Below the pieces are notes generated by a model. The model made no database searches. It worked only from the letters and a program-made list of their open reading frames with translations, and was not told the DNA's origin. DNA of 64,000 nucleotides from an uncultured Pseudomonadales bacterium (GTDB taxonomy: Bacteria > Patescibacteriota > Microgenomatia > UBA1400 > PJMF01). A program made the translations under genes and the position numbers. The stretch covers positions 98,093-162,092 of the forward strand of contig CAZUHV010000003.1 of NCBI GenBank assembly GCA_964620965.1, read 5' to 3'. How positions within the stretch are numbered: position 1 is the stretch's first letter; every line of letters starts with the position of its first letter. Positions 40,094 to 49,221 of the stretch are shown piece after piece.

Positions 40094-41566
40094 TTAGAAT
40101 GTCGCGGTGGCAGTATAAATAACATGGTTTTCGTAGTCTCCTGCAGATTGAGTTGAGGAGATAACAGCTCTATAGCAGACATACAAATTATGTTCGTCTG
40201 CAACAGTAGTAGATGAGAATATTTGTTGAGCCGCTTGACCATCCTCTGTGTCTGCAAATTGGCGTGCGCAGTAAGTTCCTCCAGAACAGTTGCCTGCTAC
40301 TGTGTCATACTCAAAAACTGGAGTAAGACCAGAGGTGTTTACGTCATCTAAAGAGAATCCGAAGCCTTTATATGTTGTTGAATCCCATCGATCTGAAGCT
40401 GTGTGACTCATTGCTGCGTTATTACCTGTGGCGTCTGGAATACAATCTGCTCCAGTGTTATCACCTGCACAAGTGCCTGCATCCCTACCAAGCTGATCGT
40501 TTGCTCTAACTGTAACGGCATAGCCATTTGTAGCGTTTGTAGAAACTGAGAGTGCTTGTGCAGCATCAGAGAAAGCAGAAATAGAAAGTTCTCCAAATGG
40601 AACAGCTGCTGCAGTGGTTGTAACATCTGTTGTTACGCCACATGCAGTAGTGCTTGCTGCAACACCACTAATTTGGAATGTAATTTGAGGAGCAACAGAA
40701 GCAGTAACACGGACGGCTTCGATTACTCCAACAGAGGTTGTTGTTGAATCTTGAGCTGAATAAGAACTATTAAGATGTTGGACAATAATCCTGTAGGTAT
40801 CTGCTAGCCCTGTTGTATGAGCTGCTTTTGGAGCAGGATTGATGAGGTCATTGATAACAACTGCATCGTTAGCACTTCCATCAAATGCGGTTCCAATTGC
40901 ACCATTTCCAGAGTATCTACACTCAAAAGAGTGATAGTCTTGGCTTCCAATGGTAATTGCTGAAGCAGAAGCAGTTCCAGCGACAAAATCATATCCACTA
41001 ATATCAGAAGGACAGGTAACAGTTGGTGGAGTGTTACTAAAATCAAAGTTTCCAGAATCTGGTAGGCCATCTTGAGAATCGGCGTTATTCGCAACAGCGG
41101 GTACTAAAATTCTAATTGCCCCATTTGGAATGGCATTTGCAGTTGTGAATCGAACTGTTTGTGTAGCAGATTGAGTAGAAATAACGATGTCTCCAGCTTC
41201 AATATCGCCAGATGCAAGAACAGGTGTAACATTAAAAGTAGAAGCGGAGTTAATGCTTGTAATTGTGTATGAACCAATAGAGTTTGTATCTCCAACACCA
41301 ACAACATCCCCACTTACGAGTTGAGCAGAGGAAGTAGAAGGTCTAACCCCAACAGTTGTATCAATGATAACTTGAGAAGACCCAGCGGTATTTCCAGAAG
41401 CTAAAATGCCACTGAATGACAGTCTTGAGTTTGAAAGCGTAACTGAAACATTGGTCAAGCTAGCAGATTGGCTTTTTTGATATACCCCTCCTATAAATAT
41501 GCCAGAAAAAATCACTGCAGCGGTAAGTAATTTTTTTGTGGTATTCTTTGATATTTTTAATCTCAT
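40094..41566 (-). CDS. Secreted protein with C-terminal WxL-like domain
   Basis: Signal peptide, V.VTASVAPQITF, VSTNATNGYAV, terminal AGDYENHVIYTATATF. Confidence 0.6.
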   Translation of the reverse strand: MRLKISKNTTKKLLTAAVIFSGIFIGGVYQKSQSASLTNVSVTLSNSRLSFSGILASGNTAGSSQVIIDTTVGVRPSTSSAQLVSGDVVGVGDTNSIGSYTITSINSASTFNVTPVLASGDIEAGDIVISTQSATQTVRFTTANAIPNGAIRILVPAVANNADSQDGLPDSGNFDFSNTPPTVTCPSDISGYDFVAGTASASAITIGSQDYHSFECRYSGNGAIGTAFDGSANDAVVINDLINPAPKAAHTTGLADTYRIIVQHLNSSYSAQDSTTTSVGVIEAVRVTASVAPQITFQISGVAASTTACGVTTDVTTTAAAVPFGELSISAFSDAAQALSVSTNATNGYAVTVRANDQLGRDAGTCAGDNTGADCIPDATGNNAAMSHTASDRWDSTTYKGFGFSLDDVNTSGLTPVFEYDTVAGNCSGGTYCARQFADTEDGQAAQQIFSSTTVADEHNLYVCYRAVISSTQSAGDYENHVIYTATATF

Positions 41567-41700
41567 TTTTTTGCTCTAGATAGGCATTTTTTAGTTTTTA
41601 CTTTTTATTTTTTTCAATACGAAAAATAAAGACTTTCTGCCTTGTAGTTTAATAATATAGAGTTTTGCAAAACTATACAATATGCATTTTTTCTTATTAA

Positions 41701-42666
41701 CTACTCAATTTTGTGTTTTGTTCGGAAATAAATAGAAATTCCAATACCAAAAATGATCGCTAGCACAATTGCTATAGGTACTGCATAGTAAACGGCTACA
41801 AATTGAGTAATAACTGAGTTATTTTCATCCGTTAGAGTGATAACTATTTGATATGGTCCAAGCGAGAATTGGGGCTTAAAGGAAAATGACCCAACTTCTG
41901 GTTTTTCTAGATCTGAATTAGAGAGTAGTGCCCGTAACTCTCTAGAGTTGTGCCCAAGTATCGTATCTGGATACACTTGAAACTCTGCGATTGTTTGTTT
42001 ACGCCAGTTCACAATTTTTGCACTTCCAGATGCAGTAGTTGCTCCAAAACTGTTGTTTTTTACGATTGGGGCAAATGATATTTTTTGAAAACTATCAACA
42101 ATTTTTGGTGCATTTGCATCTAGTACTTCTAGAATTTTTGCAAATTTATTTTGTTTTGCTACTAGTACAACAAGATTACTTCCGATTGCTCCTGTAACAC
42201 TGGAGTTGGTAGTTTTTTGGGCACTTAAGTTTGCTGTTTTTTCGAGTTCAGACTGGGAAAAAAAGAGTACTGTCATTGGATACTCTTTTTCTTCAGCTTC
42301 TTTAGGGACATCAATGTACAAGGTTAGTTGAGCTTTTTTTTGTGGAGGAATAGTTACTTCTTTAACGGAGTTATCAACTCCTAGAGAAATATAGGGAAAC
42401 GTAAGTTGATTTGTAACAATGACTCTGCCTGATTTTCCATCTGTGGTAAAGTCAACAAGAGTGGGGAGGACAGTTATTGGAGCTGTTCCAGTGTTTTCTA
42501 GAATTATTGTGTGGTTTGCAGAGCTTCCAGGAGCAACATGTAAGTAGGAAACAGGAGGAGAAACAGTTAAATTTACCTCAGTTTCTTGTGCAAGAACAAT
42601 ATTTGTTCTGCTGAAAATACAGAAGGCGAGTACCTGCATAGCTAAAAGTAACACTGTTTTTTTCAT
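41701..42666 (-). CDS. DUF916-like surface protein with C-terminal TM
   Basis: Signal peptide, LTVSPP, LENTG..PITV, IDVPKEA, C-terminal TM. Paralogous to 38929..40077. Confidence 0.6.
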   Translation of the reverse strand: MKKTVLLLAMQVLAFCIFSRTNIVLAQETEVNLTVSPPVSYLHVAPGSSANHTIILENTGTAPITVLPTLVDFTTDGKSGRVIVTNQLTFPYISLGVDNSVKEVTIPPQKKAQLTLYIDVPKEAEEKEYPMTVLFFSQSELEKTANLSAQKTTNSSVTGAIGSNLVVLVAKQNKFAKILEVLDANAPKIVDSFQKISFAPIVKNNSFGATTASGSAKIVNWRKQTIAEFQVYPDTILGHNSRELRALLSNSDLEKPEVGSFSFKPQFSLGPYQIVITLTDENNSVITQFVAVYYAVPIAIVLAIIFGIGISIYFRTKHKIE

Positions 42667-42682
42667 AAAATCTGATATCCTG

Positions 42683-43414
42683 CTAATATCCTGGTACAGC
42701 TACATACACAACCGCTGTCTCATAATTACCGCTTGCCTGGTAATCACCAATTCCTGCTTTGTAAGTAACAGTTGCTTGGCGTTGGTTGGCGATGTTGTCT
42801 GAACTCATAACTACTTGCATTGGATCTGCGCTTTCATTATCTGCAAAGCTTTTAAAGTAAGTATTGTCGATAAAGTTTGCAGGAATGTCGTTTCCAGACA
42901 TGTTATAACCAAACCCTGCGATAGATTGATTTGTCCAAACAGCAGCAGCAGTATGTGAACAGGTTCCAGAGTCACAGGTGGTATCTGGAATTTCTTCAGA
43001 ACCCTGTTGTTGTCTTAAAGGATGTTCTTCAAATGCATATACTGAATAGCCACCAGCTCCTTTTGTTGTAATGGTTAGAGTGTGAGAATCGGTGTTATGT
43101 GTATTTTCGACTAATTCTCCAAAGTTAATGAGGGTTTTTGAGATTTGAAAACTAAAAGTGTCTATTTGGTAAATGTATTGAAAACCTGAACCAACAAAGT
43201 ACGTGGAAGTTCCATATTCTCCATATGGCCCAGCTCCTGTTTGTCCAACAGTGTCGGTTACTTTATAACTAGCACTTTCTTTTTCTCCAGAGGTAACATT
43301 GAAATTTCCAAAGGTGATCACATAGGAATCAGATTCTAGACGCTCTGCACTTGCAAGTTTGAATGCAAAAAAGAATAGAATAAAGGTAGTAAGAAAAATA
43401 GTAGTTTTTTTCAC
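42683..43414 (-). CDS. Secreted WxL-like protein
   Basis: Signal peptide, INFGEL, ITTKGAGGYSV, IPDTTCD, GFGYNM, terminal SGNYETAVVYVAVPGY. Paralogous to the C-terminal half of 40094..41566. Confidence 0.6.
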   Translation of the reverse strand: MKKTTIFLTTFILFFFAFKLASAERLESDSYVITFGNFNVTSGEKESASYKVTDTVGQTGAGPYGEYGTSTYFVGSGFQYIYQIDTFSFQISKTLINFGELVENTHNTDSHTLTITTKGAGGYSVYAFEEHPLRQQQGSEEIPDTTCDSGTCSHTAAAVWTNQSIAGFGYNMSGNDIPANFIDNTYFKSFADNESADPMQVVMSSDNIANQRQATVTYKAGIGDYQASGNYETAVVYVAVPGY

Positions 43415-43418
43415 AGTG

Positions 43419-44141
43419 TTATTTTTTTTCGGTTTCCACTGCTTCAGTATTCATTTGTGTGACTATTTTTTTGCTTTCTGAAGCTAATAATGAAATCTGT
43501 GTTTCTAAAATCTGAGAATCAATTGGTTCGTTTCTATGTGTTGCAGTTTCGAGCATGTCTTGAAGAATATTAAGTTTTGGTAACAAAAATTTTGTAATGA
43601 AACTCTCAAGGGTAAGCTCTTTTTGAATAACTGATTCCAGTTGTTTTTCTTCTTTTTCTGCAATCTTTTGTTGTAGGCGAGCATCGTCATACTGTTTTCT
43701 GGCGAAAAGGAAGAAGATAAGCATGAGTGGTAGAGTTGTAAATGCTGCGATTGTGAGAGAAGTGATTTCTGGCTGTAGTGCATAGTGTACAAGCATGATA
43801 GCTAAAGTTGCTGAGATGGCAGTTACTTGTCTTGTAGTCATAACTAAAAAGAAGAGGTGAATATATGAAAAAGGATAGAAAATCGAGTTGGCATTTCCTG
43901 TGGATCCAATCAAAACTGTGACTGCAAATGACACAAATACAATTTCTAAAGAATTATTTTCTGGCAAGATATGCCAAATTTGTGCTTTCCCTAAGCGTTT
44001 TGAGATGAAAAAACCGAAGATTGCTACTGCAAAAGCTTGGAGTGAGTAGTATGAAAGACTAGGATTGGAGAGCCAAAAATATGCCAGTCCAATTGAGCCG
44101 AGCACTGCGAGAGTGTGTTTTAGTTGTGACATTGTTTTCAT
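43419..44141 (-). CDS. Hypothetical polytopic membrane protein with C-terminal coiled coil
   Basis: About 5-6 hydrophobic segments followed by a charged helical tail. Confidence 0.65.
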   Translation of the reverse strand: MKTMSQLKHTLAVLGSIGLAYFWLSNPSLSYYSLQAFAVAIFGFFISKRLGKAQIWHILPENNSLEIVFVSFAVTVLIGSTGNANSIFYPFSYIHLFFLVMTTRQVTAISATLAIMLVHYALQPEITSLTIAAFTTLPLMLIFFLFARKQYDDARLQQKIAEKEEKQLESVIQKELTLESFITKFLLPKLNILQDMLETATHRNEPIDSQILETQISLLASESKKIVTQMNTEAVETEKK

Positions 44142-44185
44142 TTCTTATCCAGTATACCTTAAAAAGTGTGATATACTCTACTGGT

Positions 44186-44227
44186 ATGTTGCAAATAAAC
44201 ACACTCGAGCTTCTTCTTAACCTCTAG
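44186..44227 (+). CDS. Leu-rich leader peptide MLQINTLELLLNL* of a putative leuS attenuator
   Basis: ATG TTG CAA ATA AAC ACA CTC GAG CTT CTT CTT AAC CTC TAG: 6 of 13 codons are Leu. TATACT lies 8 nt upstream. Confidence 0.75.
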   Translation: MLQINTLELLLNL

Positions 44228-44290
44228 GTAATAAGGGGAGCGTATGTGTGCAGTGAAGTCCCCTTACAAGAGGGGCTTTTTTATTATTTT
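44210..44290 (+). terminator. Attenuator: alternative 1:2, 2:3 and 3:4 (terminator) hairpins
   Basis: 44211-44219 pairs with 44232-44240; TAAGGGGA (44232-39) pairs with TCCCCTTA (44259-66); AAGTCCCCT/AGGGGCTT hairpin followed by a T-tract. Confidence 0.75.
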
Positions 44291-44431
44291 GGACCCGGTC
44301 TTTTTTGATAAAAAAAGTCGTAGGTACAAAAGATGCACAGTATTGGAAAAGGTGTTGTGTTTAAGCAAAATAAGTAGAAAAAACCAAGTTATAATTAGAT
44401 TGAACCAAAAATCAATCAAAATAAGGAATAT

Positions 44432-46969
44432 ATGTTTGATCAAAACCAAATCGAAGAGAAGTGGCAACAAATCTGGGAGAATAACAGTTTGTTTCAACAA
44501 ACTGAAAAAGGACTTGCTCCAGATGGTAAAGCACTTGTAGATGGAGAAGATACACAGATAAAAGACAAAATGTATTTATTGTTTGCGTTTGCATATCCTT
44601 CTGGTTCGGGTTTACATGTTGGGCATGTTGAGAGCAAAACAGCGTTGGATATTTTGGCTCGTTTTTACAGGATGAAAGGTAAAGATGTATTTTTTCCAGT
44701 TGGTTGGGATGCATTTGGCTTACCTGCAGAAAACTATGCTATTAAAACTGGAGTTCATCCAAAAGTTACAACAAAAGAAGCTATAAACACATTTAGAAGA
44801 CAGATTAAACGTATTGGAATCTCTTATGATTGGAAAAATGAGCTGGCAACAAATCACCCAGAATACTATAAGTGGACACAATGGATTTTTACCCAAATGT
44901 TTAACAAAGGTTTGGCATATCAAAAAGACGGAAACGTGAACTGGTGTCCTTCTTGTCAAACAGTGTTAGCAAATGAGCAGGTTGTTGAAGGGTTATGTGA
45001 GCGCTGTGATAGCGAAGTTGTGCAAAAGCAAATGCGTCAGTGGTATTACAAAATTACTGAGTATCAGGATGAGTTAATTTCTGGATTAGATCAGGTTGAT
45101 TGGCCAGCTCCAACAAAAGCACAGCAGTTAAATTGGATTGGCAAAAAAACAGGAATTGAAATTACCTATGAAGTTGTTGATGAAACAGGAAAAACTTCAA
45201 AAGAAGGTAGCTCTATTACTTGTTTTACAACAAGGCCAGATACAAACTTTGGTGCAACATTTGTCGTAATTGCTCCAGAACATGAATTCGCACAAAAAAT
45301 CGCAGAAACAGATACTGGTGTTGCCAATTATTTAGATGCATCTAGCAGAAAAACAGAGTTAGAAAGACAACAAGAAGGCAAGAAAAAAACTGGTGCGTTT
45401 ACTGGATACTATGCAGTTAATCAGTTAACGAACAAAAAAATGCCAATTTGGGTTTCTGATTTTGTTTTAGGAGGATTTGGAACTGGAGCAGTAGTTGGTG
45501 TACCTGGTCATGATATGCGTGACTTTGAGTTTGCACAGTTTGTGAATGCCACAGCTGATAAAAACGCAATAGAGGTAATTCGTGTAGTTGTTGGGTCTGA
45601 TGGTGATATATCAAAGATAACCAGGCCAAGTCAAGTTCAAGAAGAAGAGGGCGCTATGATGAACTCTGACTTTTTGAATGGGATGGAAATTCATGAGGCA
45701 ACTGAAAAAATCATGGACTATATGGAAGAAAAAGGAATGGGGAAGAGAGTCACAACATATAGACTTCGTGATTGGTTAATTTCTAGACAGAGATATTGGG
45801 GAACTCCAATTCCCATTGTGTATGATCCAGAGGGAAATGCACATCCGGTAAAACAAGAACACCTCCCATGGGAGTTACCAACAGATGTAGATTTCAAGCC
45901 AACTGGTGAATCTCCTCTAAAATCTAGCAAAGAATTTATTGACAGAGTAGAAAAACTGTATGGGAAAGGTTGGAAGCCAGAGTTTGATACTATGGATACC
46001 TTTGTTGATTCTAGCTGGTATTTTTTGCGCTATGTAGATTCAAGAAATTCAGCAGTTTTTGCAGATAGCGATCAAATTAAAACTTGGTTACCAGTTGATT
46101 TGTATATGATTGGTCCAGAACACATTGTGCTGCATCTGCTATATTCTAGATTTTTTACAAAGTTCTTGCGTGACGAAGGCTATCTACAGTTTGATGAACC
46201 ATTTATGAAGATGCGTCATCAAGGTATGATTTTAGGTCCAGACAATCGCAAGATGTCGAAATCTAAGGGAAATGTAATCAATCCAGATGAAATTATCGAA
46301 AAATTCGGTGCAGATACTTTGCGTGTATACGAAATGTTCATGGGACCACTTGAAGCAGATAAACCTTGGGATGTTCGTGCCGTGATTGGTGTCTACAAAT
46401 TTTTACAAAGAATATATGCAATTGTTACAGAAGCAGAACTAGAAGAGTTTTCTGATGAACAAAAAGCAGTAACCGAACGAAAACTACATCAATTACTCGC
46501 GAAAGCGACAGATGACATTCCAAAATTAAAATTTAACACAACAATAGCATTTATGATGGAGTTCGTGAATTTATGGCAGGCAGAATCTAAAAAATACTCC
46601 GCGACATTATCTGCAGAAGACAAAGTTAAGTTTATAAAAGTGTTGGCCCCATTTGCTCCATTTATGGCGGATGAATTATTTGAAACAGTGACTGGCCAAG
46701 CAAGTGATAACCATGAGTATGACGGAGTTCATATTTCTGATTGGCCAGAATTTGATCCAGAAACAGCTCAAGCAGATGAAGTTATGATACCAGTGCAAAT
46801 AAACGGAAAAATTCGTGCTCAGTTGGTTGTGCCAGCTGATAAAGTTGCTGATAAAGAGTTTGTCTTGGCTCAGGCTACACAAATGGATGAAATTCAAAAA
46901 TATGTTGCAGGTACACAATTTAAAAAACAGATATATGTTCCTGGCAAGATAATTTCTTTTGTGGTTTAA
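44432..46969 (+). CDS. leuS: Leucine--tRNA ligase
   Basis: YPSGSGLHVGH, GWDAFGLPAEN, FTTRPDT, DWLISRQRYWGTPIP, KMSKS. Confidence 0.98.
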   Translation: MFDQNQIEEKWQQIWENNSLFQQTEKGLAPDGKALVDGEDTQIKDKMYLLFAFAYPSGSGLHVGHVESKTALDILARFYRMKGKDVFFPVGWDAFGLPAENYAIKTGVHPKVTTKEAINTFRRQIKRIGISYDWKNELATNHPEYYKWTQWIFTQMFNKGLAYQKDGNVNWCPSCQTVLANEQVVEGLCERCDSEVVQKQMRQWYYKITEYQDELISGLDQVDWPAPTKAQQLNWIGKKTGIEITYEVVDETGKTSKEGSSITCFTTRPDTNFGATFVVIAPEHEFAQKIAETDTGVANYLDASSRKTELERQQEGKKKTGAFTGYYAVNQLTNKKMPIWVSDFVLGGFGTGAVVGVPGHDMRDFEFAQFVNATADKNAIEVIRVVVGSDGDISKITRPSQVQEEEGAMMNSDFLNGMEIHEATEKIMDYMEEKGMGKRVTTYRLRDWLISRQRYWGTPIPIVYDPEGNAHPVKQEHLPWELPTDVDFKPTGESPLKSSKEFIDRVEKLYGKGWKPEFDTMDTFVDSSWYFLRYVDSRNSAVFADSDQIKTWLPVDLYMIGPEHIVLHLLYSRFFTKFLRDEGYLQFDEPFMKMRHQGMILGPDNRKMSKSKGNVINPDEIIEKFGADTLRVYEMFMGPLEADKPWDVRAVIGVYKFLQRIYAIVTEAELEEFSDEQKAVTERKLHQLLAKATDDIPKLKFNTTIAFMMEFVNLWQAESKKYSATLSAEDKVKFIKVLAPFAPFMADELFETVTGQASDNHEYDGVHISDWPEFDPETAQADEVMIPVQINGKIRAQLVVPADKVADKEFVLAQATQMDEIQKYVAGTQFKKQIYVPGKIISFVV

Positions 46970-47029
46970 ATATGTTTTAGAGTTCTTGTTTCTATTACTC
47001 CTGAATGCAAATAGTGTTAAACTGGAATT

Positions 47030-47326
47030 ATGGTCGCGATAGACGAACAATTTCAGCTGAAAGTATATAACCAGAATGGTTTAATTTTTGATGAGCTAGT
47101 AACTGCGGTTAGTGCAGAAAACGAGACTGGTCCAATTAGTTTTTTGTCTGGGCATACAAATTTTATTACAACAATTAAGGGGTCTTTAACAGACGAAATG
47201 TTGTTTGCGTATTTTAAAGATGGTTCAAAAAAAGGATTCTTACTTGAATCCGGAGTTGTTAAAATTTTTAACAATGTTGTTGAGGTATTTTTGGTTTTAG
47301 ATCTAAACTTAAATATTGAGAAATAA
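47030..47326 (+). CDS. atpC: F1 epsilon-like subunit (beta-sandwich only), oriented opposite to the atp operon
   Basis: LKVYNQNGLIFDELVTAVSAENETGPISFLSGHTNFIT...GVVKIFNNVVEV resembles the epsilon N-terminal domain (G..GILP.H). No C-terminal helices. Confidence 0.7.
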   Translation: MVAIDEQFQLKVYNQNGLIFDELVTAVSAENETGPISFLSGHTNFITTIKGSLTDEMLFAYFKDGSKKGFLLESGVVKIFNNVVEVFLVLDLNLNIEK

Positions 47327-47328
47327 TT

Positions 47329-49221
47329 TTATTTCTTTGAGTCTTTTTTTGAAGTTTTCACTTTTGATTTTGCTTCGTTATTTTTCTTTTTGGTTTCCTG
47401 AGGCATTTGAGTAGGAGAGTAGTTCACTACAATATCTTGAGGAGCAAGGCTTCCTTGAATTCCGTGTTTAGACTGAAGTTCTGCACCTTCCAAAAGTAGT
47501 GCTTTATATTTTTCCTCAATATTAAGATCTCTTGACTGTGCAATTTGTGCCTCTCTTTGTTCTCGTTTTATTTTTTTTACTTCATCATCTGTAAGTGTCA
47601 TTGGTGGGTTCGCAGAATCAGTATTTAAGATTGTTCGTTTTTCTTTGATGAATGGTAACTTAGGGAGTTTAAATTTGAATCCCGATTTTTTTTGAACAGG
47701 AAATGCAGGTTCGAAGACTTGTTGTCCTACAGGCTCTTTTGATTCGTTTGGAAAGCTGGTTGGCTGATTTGAAGATGTGCTTGCTTCAGTAGGTGGTTGT
47801 GGAGTTATTTTTTCTTTAGTTGCTGTGTTTTCTTGGGCTTCACTAATAATGCTTTGGTCAATTTTTTCTATGTATAAAAGCTTTTCTGGGTCGATATTAT
47901 CAATTTGCCCAGACAAGATGATTTCTATATCAGCTAGTGTTTGGTCCATTTTGGCAAACACACCTTTTCTATTCGTTTGAGGTTCAGCAACGGTGAGGCT
48001 TTGAGCCATGTAGTTTTCAAGCAAAATTGATCTTTTGTAGGTGACTTGATCTTCAGTAGAAAGCTCAGAAAGGCCAACTAGCGAAACAATTTTTTCTATT
48101 TCGGTTGCTTGTTCAAGGATTCGCTTTGCTTTTACATGTAGGCCAAAGTGTTTGGTTCCAATAATTTCAGGTTCTACAGCCGAAGAATTAGAGGCAATCA
48201 AATCAATAGCAGGAAGTCTTCCAGATTGGTAAATATCTCTTGAGAGCACGATATAGCTATCAAGATAGTAGAGAGCAGAACGAACAGAATAGTCAAAAAG
48301 ATCATCAGAAGGAAGATAGATTGCCTCTATGCTTGTAATATCTGCATCTGGAGTAGAGGTGAGTGCCTCATGAAGTGTTCCAATTTCTGATGGAAGTGTT
48401 GGTTGGTATCCGTCTTCTGATGGAACAGCTTGCATTAAAGTTGAGAGCTCGTATCCAGCCTGGCTAAAACGGTACATATTATCCATAAAAAATAAAACAT
48501 CTTTTCCACGATCTCTGAAGTCTTCTGCTATACTTGCAGCTGCATACGCAGTTCTAAAACGAACTGCTGGATTTTCACCCATTTGACCAACTACCATGAC
48601 AGTTTTATCAAGAACTTTAGATGCTTCTAAGTTTTCAAGTAATTCATGAGCTTCTCTGGAACGTTCTCCAACAGCGCTGAAAACAGAGATACTTTCTTTG
48701 CTTTCTTTGCTTGCGATAACCACATTATGGATTAATTCTGTTAATAGAATAGTTTTTCCAAGTCCAGCCCCTCCAACAAGCCCAATTTTACTTCCTTTTA
48801 AGACAGGAGTGAAAAAGTCGATTGCTCTAATCCCGGTATACAAAATGTCTTTTGGAGTTATGGCAGTTTCTATATTTGTAGCAGTATGGGAATGTAGGGA
48901 CTTAAATTTTTTTGGTTTAAATGGTTTTGCATCTTGAGCGTTTCCAAAAACGTCGATAGCTCTTCCCAAAATTTCATCTCCAACTGGGATCATGAGGTTT
49001 TGTTCTGTATTTATTACAATATCTCCTCTGGCAATCTCATTTTTTTTATTTAAGACAAAACAATAGTAAGTATTTTCTTCCTGAGCGGAAGAAACAACTT
49101 CAAGCTTAATTTCTGGATTTGTTTCTAGAACAAGAACATCAAAAATCGCAGGTTGAGCGAGTGTGAACTCAACTGTTGCGACGTTATCTTGAACTCCAGT
49201 AATTTTTCCTATTTTTTTCAT
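47329..49221 (-). CDS. atpD: F1 ATPase beta-like subunit, divergent, with ~170-aa C-terminal extension
   Basis: GGAGLGKT, VGERSRE, GQMGENPAVR, DNMYRFSQAG, GYQPTL; SELSTED in place of DELSEED. Confidence 0.9.
   Translation of the reverse strand: MKKIGKITGVQDNVATVEFTLAQPAIFDVLVLETNPEIKLEVVSSAQEENTYYCFVLNKKNEIARGDIVINTEQNLMIPVGDEILGRAIDVFGNAQDAKPFKPKKFKSLHSHTATNIETAITPKDILYTGIRAIDFFTPVLKGSKIGLVGGAGLGKTILLTELIHNVVIASKESKESISVFSAVGERSREAHELLENLEASKVLDKTVMVVGQMGENPAVRFRTAYAAASIAEDFRDRGKDVLFFMDNMYRFSQAGYELSTLMQAVPSEDGYQPTLPSEIGTLHEALTSTPDADITSIEAIYLPSDDLFDYSVRSALYYLDSYIVLSRDIYQSGRLPAIDLIASNSSAVEPEIIGTKHFGLHVKAKRILEQATEIEKIVSLVGLSELSTEDQVTYKRSILLENYMAQSLTVAEPQTNRKGVFAKMDQTLADIEIILSGQIDNIDPEKLLYIEKIDQSIISEAQENTATKEKITPQPPTEASTSSNQPTSFPNESKEPVGQQVFEPAFPVQKKSGFKFKLPKLPFIKEKRTILNTDSANPPMTLTDDEVKKIKREQREAQIAQSRDLNIEEKYKALLLEGAELQSKHGIQGSLAPQDIVVNYSPTQMPQETKKKNNEAKSKVKTSKKDSKK

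Noticed and set aside
44160-44431. T-box riboswitch upstream of leuS
   Set aside because: No T-box consensus (AAnnnGGGTGGnACC) and too short for stem I. A leader-peptide attenuator fits better.
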